Source of the DNA: a virus
Taxonomy: Duplodnaviria; Caudoviricetes
Direction: 5' to 3' (one strand)
IMG/VR virus record: IMGVR_UViG_3300011335_000709
Coordinates: 5,506 to 69,505 of that record
Length of the DNA: 64,000 bases
Part shown: positions 54,709 through 63,470 of the stretch, piece by piece
Position numbering within the stretch: the stretch's first letter is position 1
Layout: every line of letters begins with the position of its first letter
Made by a program: the position numbers and the translations under genes
The notes under the pieces: model-generated
Seen by the model: only the letters and a program-made list of their open reading frames with translations
Told to the model about the DNA's origin: nothing
Database searches by the model: none

Positions 54709-55340
54709 TGTCCACCCTTAACGAAAATATCCCGAGCTTCAAGGCGATGGTTCGGAAGTCCTTCTTCACAAAAGATGAGACAGATAGAAACGAGTTCTAC
54801 AATGTTTATGTATTCGCCCTACAATCCTACCCCGGGACGATCCTAACCTTCCACGTTATGACCGATTCAGGGATGCTTCGAAGCCGAGTCCCCATGTCTG
54901 AGATCTATACCCACGAGCCCACTAATGACATCCCGTTTAACTACAAACAGCTTTGGGATTGTTTCTCAGAGAACGTGACCGTCTCGGAATACAAGTTCCT
55001 TGGATACCACAGAGCCCAGATTGTTTTGAGAGATGGAACCAAGGTGTGGGGCACTTACATGTTTACCGTGGACTGGTTCAACAACCCGTACAGCGACGAG
55101 CCTTCCGATTATAAATGCGGCCATGTGTTTGCCGCGGATGACGGATACTTGCTTTGCATGCCGAACAATCGAATCTTCTGGAGAGACTCCAACTGGGTAA
55201 CCAAGAAGCTTCCTGAGAACCTCAAGCAATTTAAGGTGGACACCGAGCTGCCTTCTGTGGAGAATCAGTCCGACAGATGGGTGACGGAGGATACGGACTC
55301 CTTCTACTACGACATCCATAAAAGAGAAGAGTCAACATAA
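54708..55340 (+). CDS. conserved aquatic-phage hypothetical protein (210 aa)
   Basis: WDCFS, YMFTVDW, YKCGH and PNNRI motifs recalled from marine/freshwater phages. Confidence 0.7.
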   Translation: MSTLNENIPSFKAMVRKSFFTKDETDRNEFYNVYVFALQSYPGTILTFHVMTDSGMLRSRVPMSEIYTHEPTNDIPFNYKQLWDCFSENVTVSEYKFLGYHRAQIVLRDGTKVWGTYMFTVDWFNNPYSDEPSDYKCGHVFAADDGYLLCMPNNRIFWRDSNWVTKKLPENLKQFKVDTELPSVENQSDRWVTEDTDSFYYDIHKREEST

Positions 55341-55351
55341 AGGAGACACAT

Positions 55352-56152
55352 ATGAGTAAGAAGCTTAAGGTTCGAGAGACGAAAGGTATTGTTGTAGCTA
55401 CCCCAGCTTATGGCGGCCAGCTCACTGTAAGCTATGTAAACTCTCTTCTTCGATCCCAAGTTCTATTTCAACAGTATGGGATTCAGTTTAACGTTATGTT
55501 TCTGTGTAACCACTCCCTCATCACGATGGCTCGCAATAGGATCGTTGCCCAGATATTTAGAAATGACAAACATGACTGGGATAGCGTCGTTTGGATCGAT
55601 GCCGACATTTCCTGGGAGCCCGAAGATCTCCTTAAGTTGTGCTTGCATGACGAAGACGTCGTTTGCGGAACTTATCGAAAGAAAATACATGAAGCCTGCC
55701 ATTTCACAATGAAGCTTGTGTCCGGAAAAGAAGAGCCAGATGAACGCGGACTTATCGAGGTTGAAGCCACGGGCACGGGATTCCTTCGGGTATCTCGCAA
55801 GGCTTTGGAGGATCTTTTGTCCAGTGAAAAAGTTGCCTACACCGAGAAGGTTACCCAGGTTGAATTCGCAAACTCTACCATGGAGATTAAAAATCTATTT
55901 GAGTCTGGGATTAAGAATGGCGAAATGCTTTCCGAAGACTTCTTCTTTTGTGCCAAGCTTCGCGAGCGCGGGTACAAAATAATGCTTGATACCAAAATTG
56001 ATCTAGGCCACGACGGGAGCTTTACTTATCGTGGGAGCATGTCCCATTACCTGAACTTCCTCAAAGAGGAAAAAGCCAAAACAGAGTCTTCTTACCTGGA
56101 CTTCCTTAAAGAGCAAAAAGACAAAGCCGATGGTAAAGACAAAGTGGATTGA
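55352..56152 (+). CDS. GT-A fold (GT2-like) glycosyltransferase
   Basis: VATPAYGG, ARNRIV, WIDADISW (DxD), GTGFLRV, SEDFFFC. Confidence 0.85.
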   Translation: MSKKLKVRETKGIVVATPAYGGQLTVSYVNSLLRSQVLFQQYGIQFNVMFLCNHSLITMARNRIVAQIFRNDKHDWDSVVWIDADISWEPEDLLKLCLHDEDVVCGTYRKKIHEACHFTMKLVSGKEEPDERGLIEVEATGTGFLRVSRKALEDLLSSEKVAYTEKVTQVEFANSTMEIKNLFESGIKNGEMLSEDFFFCAKLRERGYKIMLDTKIDLGHDGSFTYRGSMSHYLNFLKEEKAKTESSYLDFLKEQKDKADGKDKVD

Positions 56153-56543
56153 CCTCGCCATGCGGCTGGCCGACGCCGCGGCAAAGACAAGTCAGGATCA
56201 GTTCGTTCGAGTCGGTGCAGCAGTGCTTCGGCAGGACGGCTCCGTTTGCGGGATTGGATACAACGGATACCCTCCGGGCTTTGAATTAACCACGCAGGAA
56301 TCTTTGGACCGCGATTACCGGCGGGACTTTATGGTCCATGCCGAGACCAATGCCCTTGCTTACAGTCGCCCTGGCGAGCCCCACCTTTTGGCCGTGACTT
56401 ATCCGCCCTGTAAGGCTTGCGTCCTGGAAGCGGCTCGATACGGCGTCAAATACATTGCTTACCGCGAGAGCAAGGATCGCGACATCTTTCCGTCTGACTA
56501 CTTGGCGGCTCGGCTCGGTGTTACTTTGATCGCAGAAAAATAA
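56130..56543 (+). CDS. dCMP deaminase
   Basis: VGAAV...GYNG, HAETNA, PCKAC zinc motifs. Confidence 0.88.
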   Translation: MVKTKWIDLAMRLADAAAKTSQDQFVRVGAAVLRQDGSVCGIGYNGYPPGFELTTQESLDRDYRRDFMVHAETNALAYSRPGEPHLLAVTYPPCKACVLEAARYGVKYIAYRESKDRDIFPSDYLAARLGVTLIAEK

Positions 56544-56595
56544 AAAATAAAATAAATTTTTAAAGTAGGGGAACGGTGTTTTGCGTTTTTTCCGA

Positions 56596-56660
56596 GGGGG
56601 GTGGGGGTGGGGGTGCGTATCTCCTATGGGTAGATGATCCGATAGGATCGCCAACCCATA
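56596..56660 (+). promoter_or_regulatory. G-tract plus extended hairpin upstream of the first early gene
   Basis: ggggggtgggggtgggggtg followed by tatgggt-...-gatcc(gata)ggatc-...-acccata. Confidence 0.45.
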
Positions 56661-56683
56661 ACATCAAATAAGGAAAACATAAA

Positions 56684-57181
56684 ATGAAATCGAAACAAGT
56701 AGCAATCAGCACAGCGAAAGGGGCTCTCGCTCTAGTCGCATCAACCGCAGAAAAGATCATCGTTCGGAAAGGTAATTCCGAGCGTGCAATCAAACCCAAA
56801 TACGCATCATTCCACGATGGTGTGGCGTTGGGAATGTCGGGACGCATCCTCTCCCAAAAAGCCTACGATGAGGCATACGGCAAGAGAATGACCCCCGAAG
56901 CCTTGGCTCTCTCCTATCAGGCAATTCAGGAGAAGATGAACACGCTAGGTGTGGATGCCTTGAATCGCCAAGCGAAGGCGGTAGGTGACGGCAAGCGAAA
57001 GGTGACCCGCATCTTCGCCAATCTCTCCAACGGGAGAACGATTGTCGAGACGATCACCACAAACAAGATGATCGACATCGAAGCCGTGGTGGAGGAAACG
57101 CAACTCAACGGCAAGGCGTGCGTATCCACAGAAGTGGCACAGGCAATCGCTCGCAACTTGGCGAGGCACAAACTCGCCTAA
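56684..57181 (+). CDS. hypothetical early protein (165 aa)
   Basis: AAGGA RBS; own terminator. Confidence 0.75.
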   Translation: MKSKQVAISTAKGALALVASTAEKIIVRKGNSERAIKPKYASFHDGVALGMSGRILSQKAYDEAYGKRMTPEALALSYQAIQEKMNTLGVDALNRQAKAVGDGKRKVTRIFANLSNGRTIVETITTNKMIDIEAVVEETQLNGKACVSTEVAQAIARNLARHKLA

Positions 57182-57195
57182 AGAATCGAGGAATC

Positions 57196-57233
57196 GAGGG
57201 GGGCGGGGTAAATCCCCGCCCCTCTCTTTTTTT
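57196..57233 (+). terminator. intrinsic terminator
   Basis: gagggggg cgggg-taaat-ccccgcccctctc followed by T7. Confidence 0.85.
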
Positions 57234-57293
57234 AAGTGAAATTGAAAATTTCACTATCATAAGTTTAACTAACTGAGCTTTACTTCAATGAAT

Positions 57294-57749
57294 CTAAGAA
57301 TCAATGACCTGTCCCGCTACGCTATCGTTTCGAAGAACCGCGAGGTTCACGATGGTCTTGCCATTGCTTCCTTGATTCGAAGAAGCCAAGCCCAATGTGG
57401 GGCGGGCAATGCGGTCAACCTTTTCGAGGACTTCAATATGGTCTTTCAATTCTTTTCTAGTTCCAGGCATCTCGGATTCGAGGACATCCAAACTATGGTC
57501 AACTTGATTGGCGATGCGGTTCAGATATCGGGACTGTTTATCAGTAGCATTCTGCACAACCTGCTTATCTATCTGCGTGCTAAGCTTCACAAGATTCGCC
57601 TCTTTCCTTTCACCCCACTTGCATCTCCTTGCCTTGCTATCCAAGGTGTTGAGGTTCAAGCCATACTGCGATGCAATGAAGCTACGACTCTTACCACTTA
57701 CGAAGTCCTTTTCGACAGCCTTCCAGTCAACATTCAAAGCTTTGGGCAT
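57294..57749 (-). CDS. terS: terminase small subunit-like HTH protein
   Basis: VDWKAVEKDFVSG...IASQYGL...TL...RRCKW is the N-terminal HTH pattern typical of TerS. Confidence 0.6.
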   Translation of the reverse strand: MPKALNVDWKAVEKDFVSGKSRSFIASQYGLNLNTLDSKARRCKWGERKEANLVKLSTQIDKQVVQNATDKQSRYLNRIANQVDHSLDVLESEMPGTRKELKDHIEVLEKVDRIARPTLGLASSNQGSNGKTIVNLAVLRNDSVAGQVIDS

Positions 57750-57757
57750 AAGCTGAG

Positions 57758-57784
57758 TTTATAGCCCATCGTGCATTAGGTCAA
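57758..57784 (-). promoter_or_regulatory. promoter TTGACC-N15-TATAAA, 8 nt upstream of ATG at 57749
   Basis: Same geometry as the 3879-3905 promoter. Confidence 0.55.
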
Positions 57785-57833
57785 TGCATCTTTGAATCAA
57801 TGAAACACCAACCAAGAAAGACACTGAACTACA

Positions 57834-58661
57834 ATGAGTAACCCAGCGTATCTACAGAACTTCGGCAAGCTCCGTAAGGACATGCGGAAGCGTGAAGTGA
57901 GCGACACTATGTCTGCATCGGGCAGATGGGACGACCTGTTCCTTCGGGCAAGCAAGCCCCACCTACGCAAGAAGACTCGCCGTGAGTCTATGCGTAGGGA
58001 GACCAAGGTCTATGTGGCCAAAGGTTGCAAGCCTATCCCATTCATTCCTAACGGAGAGGTCACAACCCTCTTGGGCTTTACCTCTGACCCCTCCAAGGTC
58101 AAGTATCGTCTCGACTCCCCGAGCTATCCATCACGGGCAAGGGAGCTATCCCAAGAAGACCGCAAGCCTCAGACCTTTACCAAGCTTGTGCCAACCGAGT
58201 GGAAGGATGTCTATTCCTCCCTGCGCTCAATGGTGCACAAGATTAGGATGCGTGACCGCAAGCTGACTAGGCAACTGGTCAAGGACTTCGCCCTGCTCTG
58301 GCCTATCCGCCATTCGCTGGCCAAGTCTGTGGGCAAGCGGGTCGAGGCTGATATGCCCGTTGGCTTTACGGATGCCATGCTGGTATCCCGCACGCCGTCG
58401 GTGCCCAAGGTTGAGGTGGTCGTCAAGGCCAAGCCTCGCAAGGTCGCCAAGTCTATCTATGCCGAGTTCGAGAAGAACAGGGAGATGCTGGCCAGCATTG
58501 ACCACGCTCACTGGCACGCCAAGTCTAGCTGGCACGAGCGGTTGACCAAGCGACTCGCCAAGGTCAAGCAGGACGATTGGGAGAGTCGCCTTGACGGCAT
58601 GAGGCAGGACTTAGCCAGACGACAGAAGGTGCTACTCGGCATCATCGAGGCTGGCAAATGA
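57834..58661 (+). CDS. basic hypothetical early protein (275 aa)
   Basis: Long ORF with biased codon usage. Confidence 0.75.
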   Translation: MSNPAYLQNFGKLRKDMRKREVSDTMSASGRWDDLFLRASKPHLRKKTRRESMRRETKVYVAKGCKPIPFIPNGEVTTLLGFTSDPSKVKYRLDSPSYPSRARELSQEDRKPQTFTKLVPTEWKDVYSSLRSMVHKIRMRDRKLTRQLVKDFALLWPIRHSLAKSVGKRVEADMPVGFTDAMLVSRTPSVPKVEVVVKAKPRKVAKSIYAEFEKNREMLASIDHAHWHAKSSWHERLTKRLAKVKQDDWESRLDGMRQDLARRQKVLLGIIEAGK

Positions 58662-58909
58662 ACTGCGTAATCTGTGACGATCTGATTGAACCAGCACGCT
58701 TGAACCTGGGCTTTTCAAAGTGCAAGGGCTGTGCCTTTCTGCACCCTGAAGTCAAGGTCAAGGGAGCTATGGTCTATTCGGATAAGACGGCGGGGGCAAT
58801 CAATGTGATGAGTCCCCAAAGCTTTAGTGATTACAAAAGAATTTCGCGCAGGGTCGGTCAGCGTTCTGCACTACGGAATGTGCTTGATGCTGGCGGTCGC
58901 TCGCAATAA
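58658..58909 (+). CDS. DksA/TraR-type C4 zinc-finger protein
   Basis: CVICDDLIEPARL...CKGC. Confidence 0.6.
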   Translation: MNCVICDDLIEPARLNLGFSKCKGCAFLHPEVKVKGAMVYSDKTAGAINVMSPQSFSDYKRISRRVGQRSALRNVLDAGGRSQ

Positions 58910-58930
58910 CCAAAAGGAGACACAAACCAA

Positions 58931-59188
58931 ATGAAAGTAATGGAACTGTACTTCTACGACAATGAGTTCGTAGTGGTGTTTAATAAATACACGGCCGGCA
59001 CTGAGGACATCAAAGTCCTTATGCGGTGGATGATTCATAACCTCGACATCAAGCTTGGCGATGCGAGGGCATTGACTGACATAGCGATTGCCGACATCGG
59101 TAATCCTGTGGTCATTGCGGAGTTCGAAGACCTGGATGCGGGGGTTGCCCTGCTTCGTAAGCTCGAACCCAAGAAGGAGGTTGTATGA
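58931..59188 (+). CDS. hypothetical protein (85 aa)
   Basis: AAGGAG RBS. Confidence 0.65.
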   Translation: MKVMELYFYDNEFVVVFNKYTAGTEDIKVLMRWMIHNLDIKLGDARALTDIAIADIGNPVVIAEFEDLDAGVALLRKLEPKKEVV

Positions 59189-59388
59189 GCCGCGAGATTA
59201 ACGGACAGACCCGCTGGAGCCCCGAGCAGTTCGGAGCTTTCGCCGCGGGCACAGCGGAAGGTGCAGACCCTACCAAGACTGCCTGTCCTGTTTGCAAGGG
59301 CACAGGCTTGGACTGGAACAATGTATGGCCTAACGGCATGGCCTCGCACTGCGAGGAATGCGATGGCTACGGGGAGGTGAACAAATGA
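59185..59388 (+). CDS. small protein with a DnaJ-type zinc finger
   Basis: CPVCKGTG and CEECDGYG. Confidence 0.65.
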   Translation: MSREINGQTRWSPEQFGAFAAGTAEGADPTKTACPVCKGTGLDWNNVWPNGMASHCEECDGYGEVNK

Positions 59389-59750
59389 GTGTGATACTAC
59401 CAATTGATGCTTACATTCAACTCAACGGCATTGAGTATTACGGGAAGGTGGTCAAGGACGGAACCCGAAACCATCACCCACAATCGGAGTATGTCGGCAA
59501 GCGGAAGTTTGATGTGGCTAAGATTCAGTCAGACGATAGCTGGACTCACTTCTATCTCTTCGAATCCGAGATGCCATTGCCCAACTTCTATGACTCTACG
59601 TTCGTTCACTCGCTGGAATATGCGAGCTGGATTGATGTGGACAGGGACGACTGCGAAGCTCCGGGACAGATGTTCCGTCGCAGAGCTAACATCTGGAGGA
59701 TGGGTATGTGGAAGATGCTCATCACCCAAAGCGGAGGGCGTGACATATGA
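59385..59750 (+). CDS. hypothetical protein (~121 aa)
   Basis: ATGA overlaps on both sides. Confidence 0.6.
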   Translation: MSVILPIDAYIQLNGIEYYGKVVKDGTRNHHPQSEYVGKRKFDVAKIQSDDSWTHFYLFESEMPLPNFYDSTFVHSLEYASWIDVDRDDCEAPGQMFRRRANIWRMGMWKMLITQSGGRDI

Positions 59751-59935
59751 TTACCATAGAGAAGTTAATCGAGATTCTCAAAGAAGATATAACTCGCGTG
59801 CGGAAGTATGTAAATAAAGATGTGTACGACGGAGATGGAGTTCGCGACATCTTCCAAGAGGGTTACAACTATGGTCACGAAGTGACTGTGGAACAAATAC
59901 TAGAACTAATTGAAAGAGGAGGGCGAATCAAATGA
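59747..59935 (+). CDS. hypothetical protein (62 aa)
   Basis: ATGA overlap. Confidence 0.6.
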   Translation: MITIEKLIEILKEDITRVRKYVNKDVYDGDGVRDIFQEGYNYGHEVTVEQILELIERGGRIK

Positions 59936-60057
59936 AAGACAACAACGAACTAGCCATAGCAATAGCTCAACTCCAACAGATTGAACTTGAGATTGCATAT
60001 CAAGACAATCCCGAGGAACTCAACGCGTTGTATCGGCAACAAGATTAAGGAGGACAT

Positions 60058-60342
60058 ATGAGAGGTAGATCTATCGACCCCAAGTATGTCATGACCAATG
60101 CAGTCCAAGCTCACTATGGGCGAAGGCTGACTAGGAAAGACTGGGAAAGGAACGTCAAGATGGCCAGACGCACGAGCCGAGCTACTGTCGCGATCAAGCG
60201 GAGCCAAGGCTTGGAGTATAAGTACGCGTTGACCGACATCCATCGGGCAATCATCAAGAAAGCTATGATGACCCCCGACCAAGCTTACCAACGTAACAAG
60301 GTAACCAAGCAGCACGGGCTTGCTTGGGTTCTCTGCGGATGA
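60058..60342 (+). CDS. basic hypothetical protein (94 aa)
   Basis: AAGGAGG RBS. Confidence 0.65.
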   Translation: MRGRSIDPKYVMTNAVQAHYGRRLTRKDWERNVKMARRTSRATVAIKRSQGLEYKYALTDIHRAIIKKAMMTPDQAYQRNKVTKQHGLAWVLCG

Positions 60343-60513
60343 GTGCCGAGACAATTAAGTTGTGGATTTGGTTAGCTTACCAAACCCCATCACCAACGCT
60401 CTGGCACGGAAAGAACTAGGCGGATAGACAGAGTGCCCCCCTAGCACGGGGGCACAAGTCTGGCCGATAGGCTGGAAACAAAAGTAACACTAACCAAGAA
60501 AGGAACATTTAAT

Positions 60514-60753
60514 ATGTTCTTCAAAGTAAAAGATAACAACAAGGTAGTAATCGAAGTGAAGCAAGGCGTATCGTCGGACGGGAGTCTGACTGGCCGCTTC
60601 TACACAGCCAGCCTCAACGGCTGGACAGGTGAAGGTCTGACAGAGCAGGACGCTGTGCGCGATCTTGACCAGACTCGGGCGGAAGCTTTAACCAAGCTTC
60701 ACCACAACAACCGCGTGTTCGGAACCCGCTTGAACTTCGAGGTGGTCTCGTGA
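60514..60753 (+). CDS. hypothetical protein (79 aa)
   Basis: AAGGA RBS; preceded by hairpins at 60433-60472. Confidence 0.65.
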   Translation: MFFKVKDNNKVVIEVKQGVSSDGSLTGRFYTASLNGWTGEGLTEQDAVRDLDQTRAEALTKLHHNNRVFGTRLNFEVVS

Positions 60754-60886
60754 GTTGGGCGGAGTGTGCGGAGGTAGCAACTATCATCGCCCAGCTTGTG
60801 CTGGCTTTTATGGTTATTCCCGCCTGTATCGTGGCGAGTGCAATCATCGTAAGCCGACTCATTAAGTTGGCTGTGGAGGAACTCTC

Positions 60887-61240
60887 TTGAAACCTGGCGA
60901 TAAAATCTGGGTCGATGCTCAAATGATTGAGATCCTGAAGGGTCACAATCTTGGGCGGAAGTTCCGCTTGAACACTGGCGTGGTCGAGGTAGCTGGCGAC
61001 ATCTACACCGATGACACGATGGTTCCGAAGGAACTGAATGTGAAAGTCGGTGATGCCCGCTGGGTCAGCCTGCCTTTGGGTGAGCTGGAACGTCCGTGGC
61101 GTTTCCCAACCTTCCGCCGTCTGCTTGCGGTTATCCGCTCGTGGACTGGTGACTGGTTGTTCCGTGCTCGTAAGAAGGAGCAGGGAATCGACATCGAAGA
61201 AACAATCAACAATGAGGAGAACGACAATGATCAAAGTTAA
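60887..61240 (+). CDS. hypothetical protein (117 aa)
   Basis: On the ORF track. Confidence 0.55.
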   Translation: MKPGDKIWVDAQMIEILKGHNLGRKFRLNTGVVEVAGDIYTDDTMVPKELNVKVGDARWVSLPLGELERPWRFPTFRRLLAVIRSWTGDWLFRARKKEQGIDIEETINNEENDNDQS

Positions 61241-61412
61241 GCTTGGTTGGGAGTGGATGCGTTTCCACTTCTTCAAAAACAAAATGAACAGGTTGTTGGT
61301 GGCTAATGTGGAGTTTAGCAAACTTGGGTGTGAACTCTACGGCGGGTCGACATCGGTAATCATTTACTTGGAGCTTGTCATCGGCACGCTGATGATCAAG
61401 TTGAGCAAATGA
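61227..61412 (+). CDS. hypothetical protein (61 aa)
   Basis: Start MIKVKLG after GAGGAG. Confidence 0.5.
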   Translation: MIKVKLGWEWMRFHFFKNKMNRLLVANVEFSKLGCELYGGSTSVIIYLELVIGTLMIKLSK

Positions 61413-61576
61413 AGGCTGACAAATACTTAGATACTTGCACGGAAGCAGAGTGCGAGTTTGTATATGAGAGGTTTTACGGCCAATCGACGCATGAATTGGT
61501 TGAAGATCTCCTAAGTTACATTGACCACAAACCTATCAAACAATTAGTCGAAAACTATAGAAAGGAAACCAAATGA
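61409..61576 (+). CDS. hypothetical protein (55 aa, MKADKYLDTC...)
   Basis: Read manually; ATGA overlaps on both sides. Confidence 0.55.
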   Translation: MKADKYLDTCTEAECEFVYERFYGQSTHELVEDLLSYIDHKPIKQLVENYRKETK

Positions 61577-61959
61577 GTTACCCAATCGAAGTCGTGGCCG
61601 AGAAGGGAACGCTCCAGCGCAGGCTGGGGCTGACCCCTATCGACCGAACCTCAACAGCAGACTTCCCGAAAGGGAAGGTGACCATCAGAACAAACAGAGT
61701 TCCTACCTTGTCAGAGGGCGGAGCTTATGCGTTCTACTACTCCAACCCCAAAGGTTATAGAGCAGTGTGTCACGTCGGCCCTGTCTTTGAATACACAAGC
61801 CAAGGAAGGGTTGCCAGTGATGAAATGTATTATCACTTCAATTCTGGAGTCTTAAAGAAGAGTGAACTCGACGCGTTTGTCGGAACCATCAAGGCCATCG
61901 AAGCCAAAGTCGATGCTCTTATGAGAAAGGAATCCAATGGCTACCAAGACGAAATCTAG
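61573..61959 (+). CDS. hypothetical protein (128 aa)
   Basis: ATGA overlap, RBS. Confidence 0.65.
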   Translation: MSYPIEVVAEKGTLQRRLGLTPIDRTSTADFPKGKVTIRTNRVPTLSEGGAYAFYYSNPKGYRAVCHVGPVFEYTSQGRVASDEMYYHFNSGVLKKSELDAFVGTIKAIEAKVDALMRKESNGYQDEI

Positions 61960-62323
61960 TAAGAAGAAGCTGACCAAAGACGAGTTCAAGCGTATTCTTA
62001 ATACGCCCCGTCGGGAGAAGCTGCCCAAAAACCAAGCTGGAAGGCTCAAGATACTCGACTTCATCGACATCTACGCCGATGACGACCACAAGGAAAACAT
62101 CATCCTACTCGATGGCTTGGACAAAGCTTTCCTTGGGCTTTCCTATCGAGATGGACAACACGGAACACAAGTGGCGGTGTATGGAATCTTTTCCTGCATC
62201 CATACACTTCAACTCGACAACAAGTGGAGTTGGGATGAAGCTGAAGAATACTTCTACTTCAATACCCGCTATGCTTATGTTGGCGAGTATACCCCGATGT
62301 TCATCGAGGAGATGGTGCGATGA
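61937..62323 (+). CDS. conserved aquatic-phage hypothetical protein (128 aa)
   Basis: DGLDKAFLG...EAEEYFYFN...AYVGEYTPMF motif. Confidence 0.7.
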   Translation: MATKTKSSKKKLTKDEFKRILNTPRREKLPKNQAGRLKILDFIDIYADDDHKENIILLDGLDKAFLGLSYRDGQHGTQVAVYGIFSCIHTLQLDNKWSWDEAEEYFYFNTRYAYVGEYTPMFIEEMVR

Positions 62324-62568
62324 CTGCCAAGCTGACACCTCAAGAGATTAGGCAAGGCGACACCGTGTGGTGGCGCGGAAGCTTTGGCAACGATGGCTGG
62401 GAGAAGGCGAAGGTTCATCGGATTGAACTCGTCCGTCCAGGCCAGAAAGAGAATGGTCTCCTTGTGCCTTGGGTGCCCACAACCATTATCGAGAACTGTG
62501 TTTTCGATCTGGACAATGGGCATTGGGCATATGGATATCAAATCAAACCAGTGGAGGAAGCTATATGA
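62320..62568 (+). CDS. hypothetical protein (82 aa)
   Basis: GDTVWWRGSFG...DLDNGHWAYGYQI. Confidence 0.7.
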   Translation: MTAKLTPQEIRQGDTVWWRGSFGNDGWEKAKVHRIELVRPGQKENGLLVPWVPTTIIENCVFDLDNGHWAYGYQIKPVEEAI

Positions 62569-62942
62569 TCATACCAGACTTTGACAACAAGAGTGATCGC
62601 TTCGAGATCACTGAACAGGAGAGGTCGGAAAGTTGGACTCATTGGCTAGCAGTAGACAAAGAGAACAGGGTAATCCAGCAAGCGATGGACAAGGCTGAAG
62701 GATTAATAGTCCTTCAGAGAACCCATACGCTTGATGGAAGACGTGTTCACAAAGTTGTGGACACTGGTTCCCTCGAGATTGACGGTGTTGACGGCAGAGA
62801 CGCTCCAGACTTCTCCGACGCCTACTTCAGTGCTGGTCAGTTTAAAGACGGCACTGAGATGAGCGACGAGGAACTCAACGAGCTAGCTGCCGAGCATCCC
62901 GATCTTTTATACGAGAAGATCTACCACTACGCATCGGACTAG
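62565..62942 (+). CDS. hypothetical protein (~125 aa)
   Basis: IDGVDGRDAPDFSDAY motif; ATGA overlap. Confidence 0.65.
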   Translation: MIIPDFDNKSDRFEITEQERSESWTHWLAVDKENRVIQQAMDKAEGLIVLQRTHTLDGRRVHKVVDTGSLEIDGVDGRDAPDFSDAYFSAGQFKDGTEMSDEELNELAAEHPDLLYEKIYHYASD

Positions 62943-62944
62943 TC

Positions 62945-63157
62945 ATGAGATTCTTCTACCACTTCAACAAACCTTTGACGCAACGACGCAAAGATATCTG
63001 GTGGACAATCCACTACCAGAACCAGTGCGTCCCCATCAAAGGCTTTGACTGTCGTGTGGCTACACACGATCGAAAACGCAAGAAGCAACCACTCGCAGTT
63101 GTATGGGGCGATGCCCGTAGCATCGTCATTCAGAACAACCGCGCAATCATTACATAA
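62945..63157 (+). CDS. hypothetical protein (70 aa)
   Basis: FFYHFNKP...WTIHY...QPLAVV motif. Confidence 0.65.
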   Translation: MRFFYHFNKPLTQRRKDIWWTIHYQNQCVPIKGFDCRVATHDRKRKKQPLAVVWGDARSIVIQNNRAIIT

Positions 63158-63167
63158 GGAGTAACCA

Positions 63168-63470
63168 ATGAAAAAGAAAAAAGCAAAGGTAACAGAGAGA
63201 GTTATGACGATCGACAGGAAAGACGGAAACCTCAACGGAGTTCCATACATTCAGTTCCTTGTAGCGATGCAAGGGCTGGAAGCTTTGAATCGTGGGATGA
63301 TGTTGACTCGAGTCGCAACTTCGGGTCGTTGTATGGAGATTATATCCCAGATCACTGGTCGGAAATACAAACGCACCGACAGGAACAAAGCATTGTATGA
63401 TGCGGAAGTAATCATGCATGCGCTTCGTGAAGAGAAGAGACAGCTAGCCGAGGACGCGGCACTCGCATGA
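63168..63470 (+). CDS. hypothetical protein (100 aa)
   Basis: AAGGAG RBS. Confidence 0.65.
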   Translation: MKKKKAKVTERVMTIDRKDGNLNGVPYIQFLVAMQGLEALNRGMMLTRVATSGRCMEIISQITGRKYKRTDRNKALYDAEVIMHALREEKRQLAEDAALA

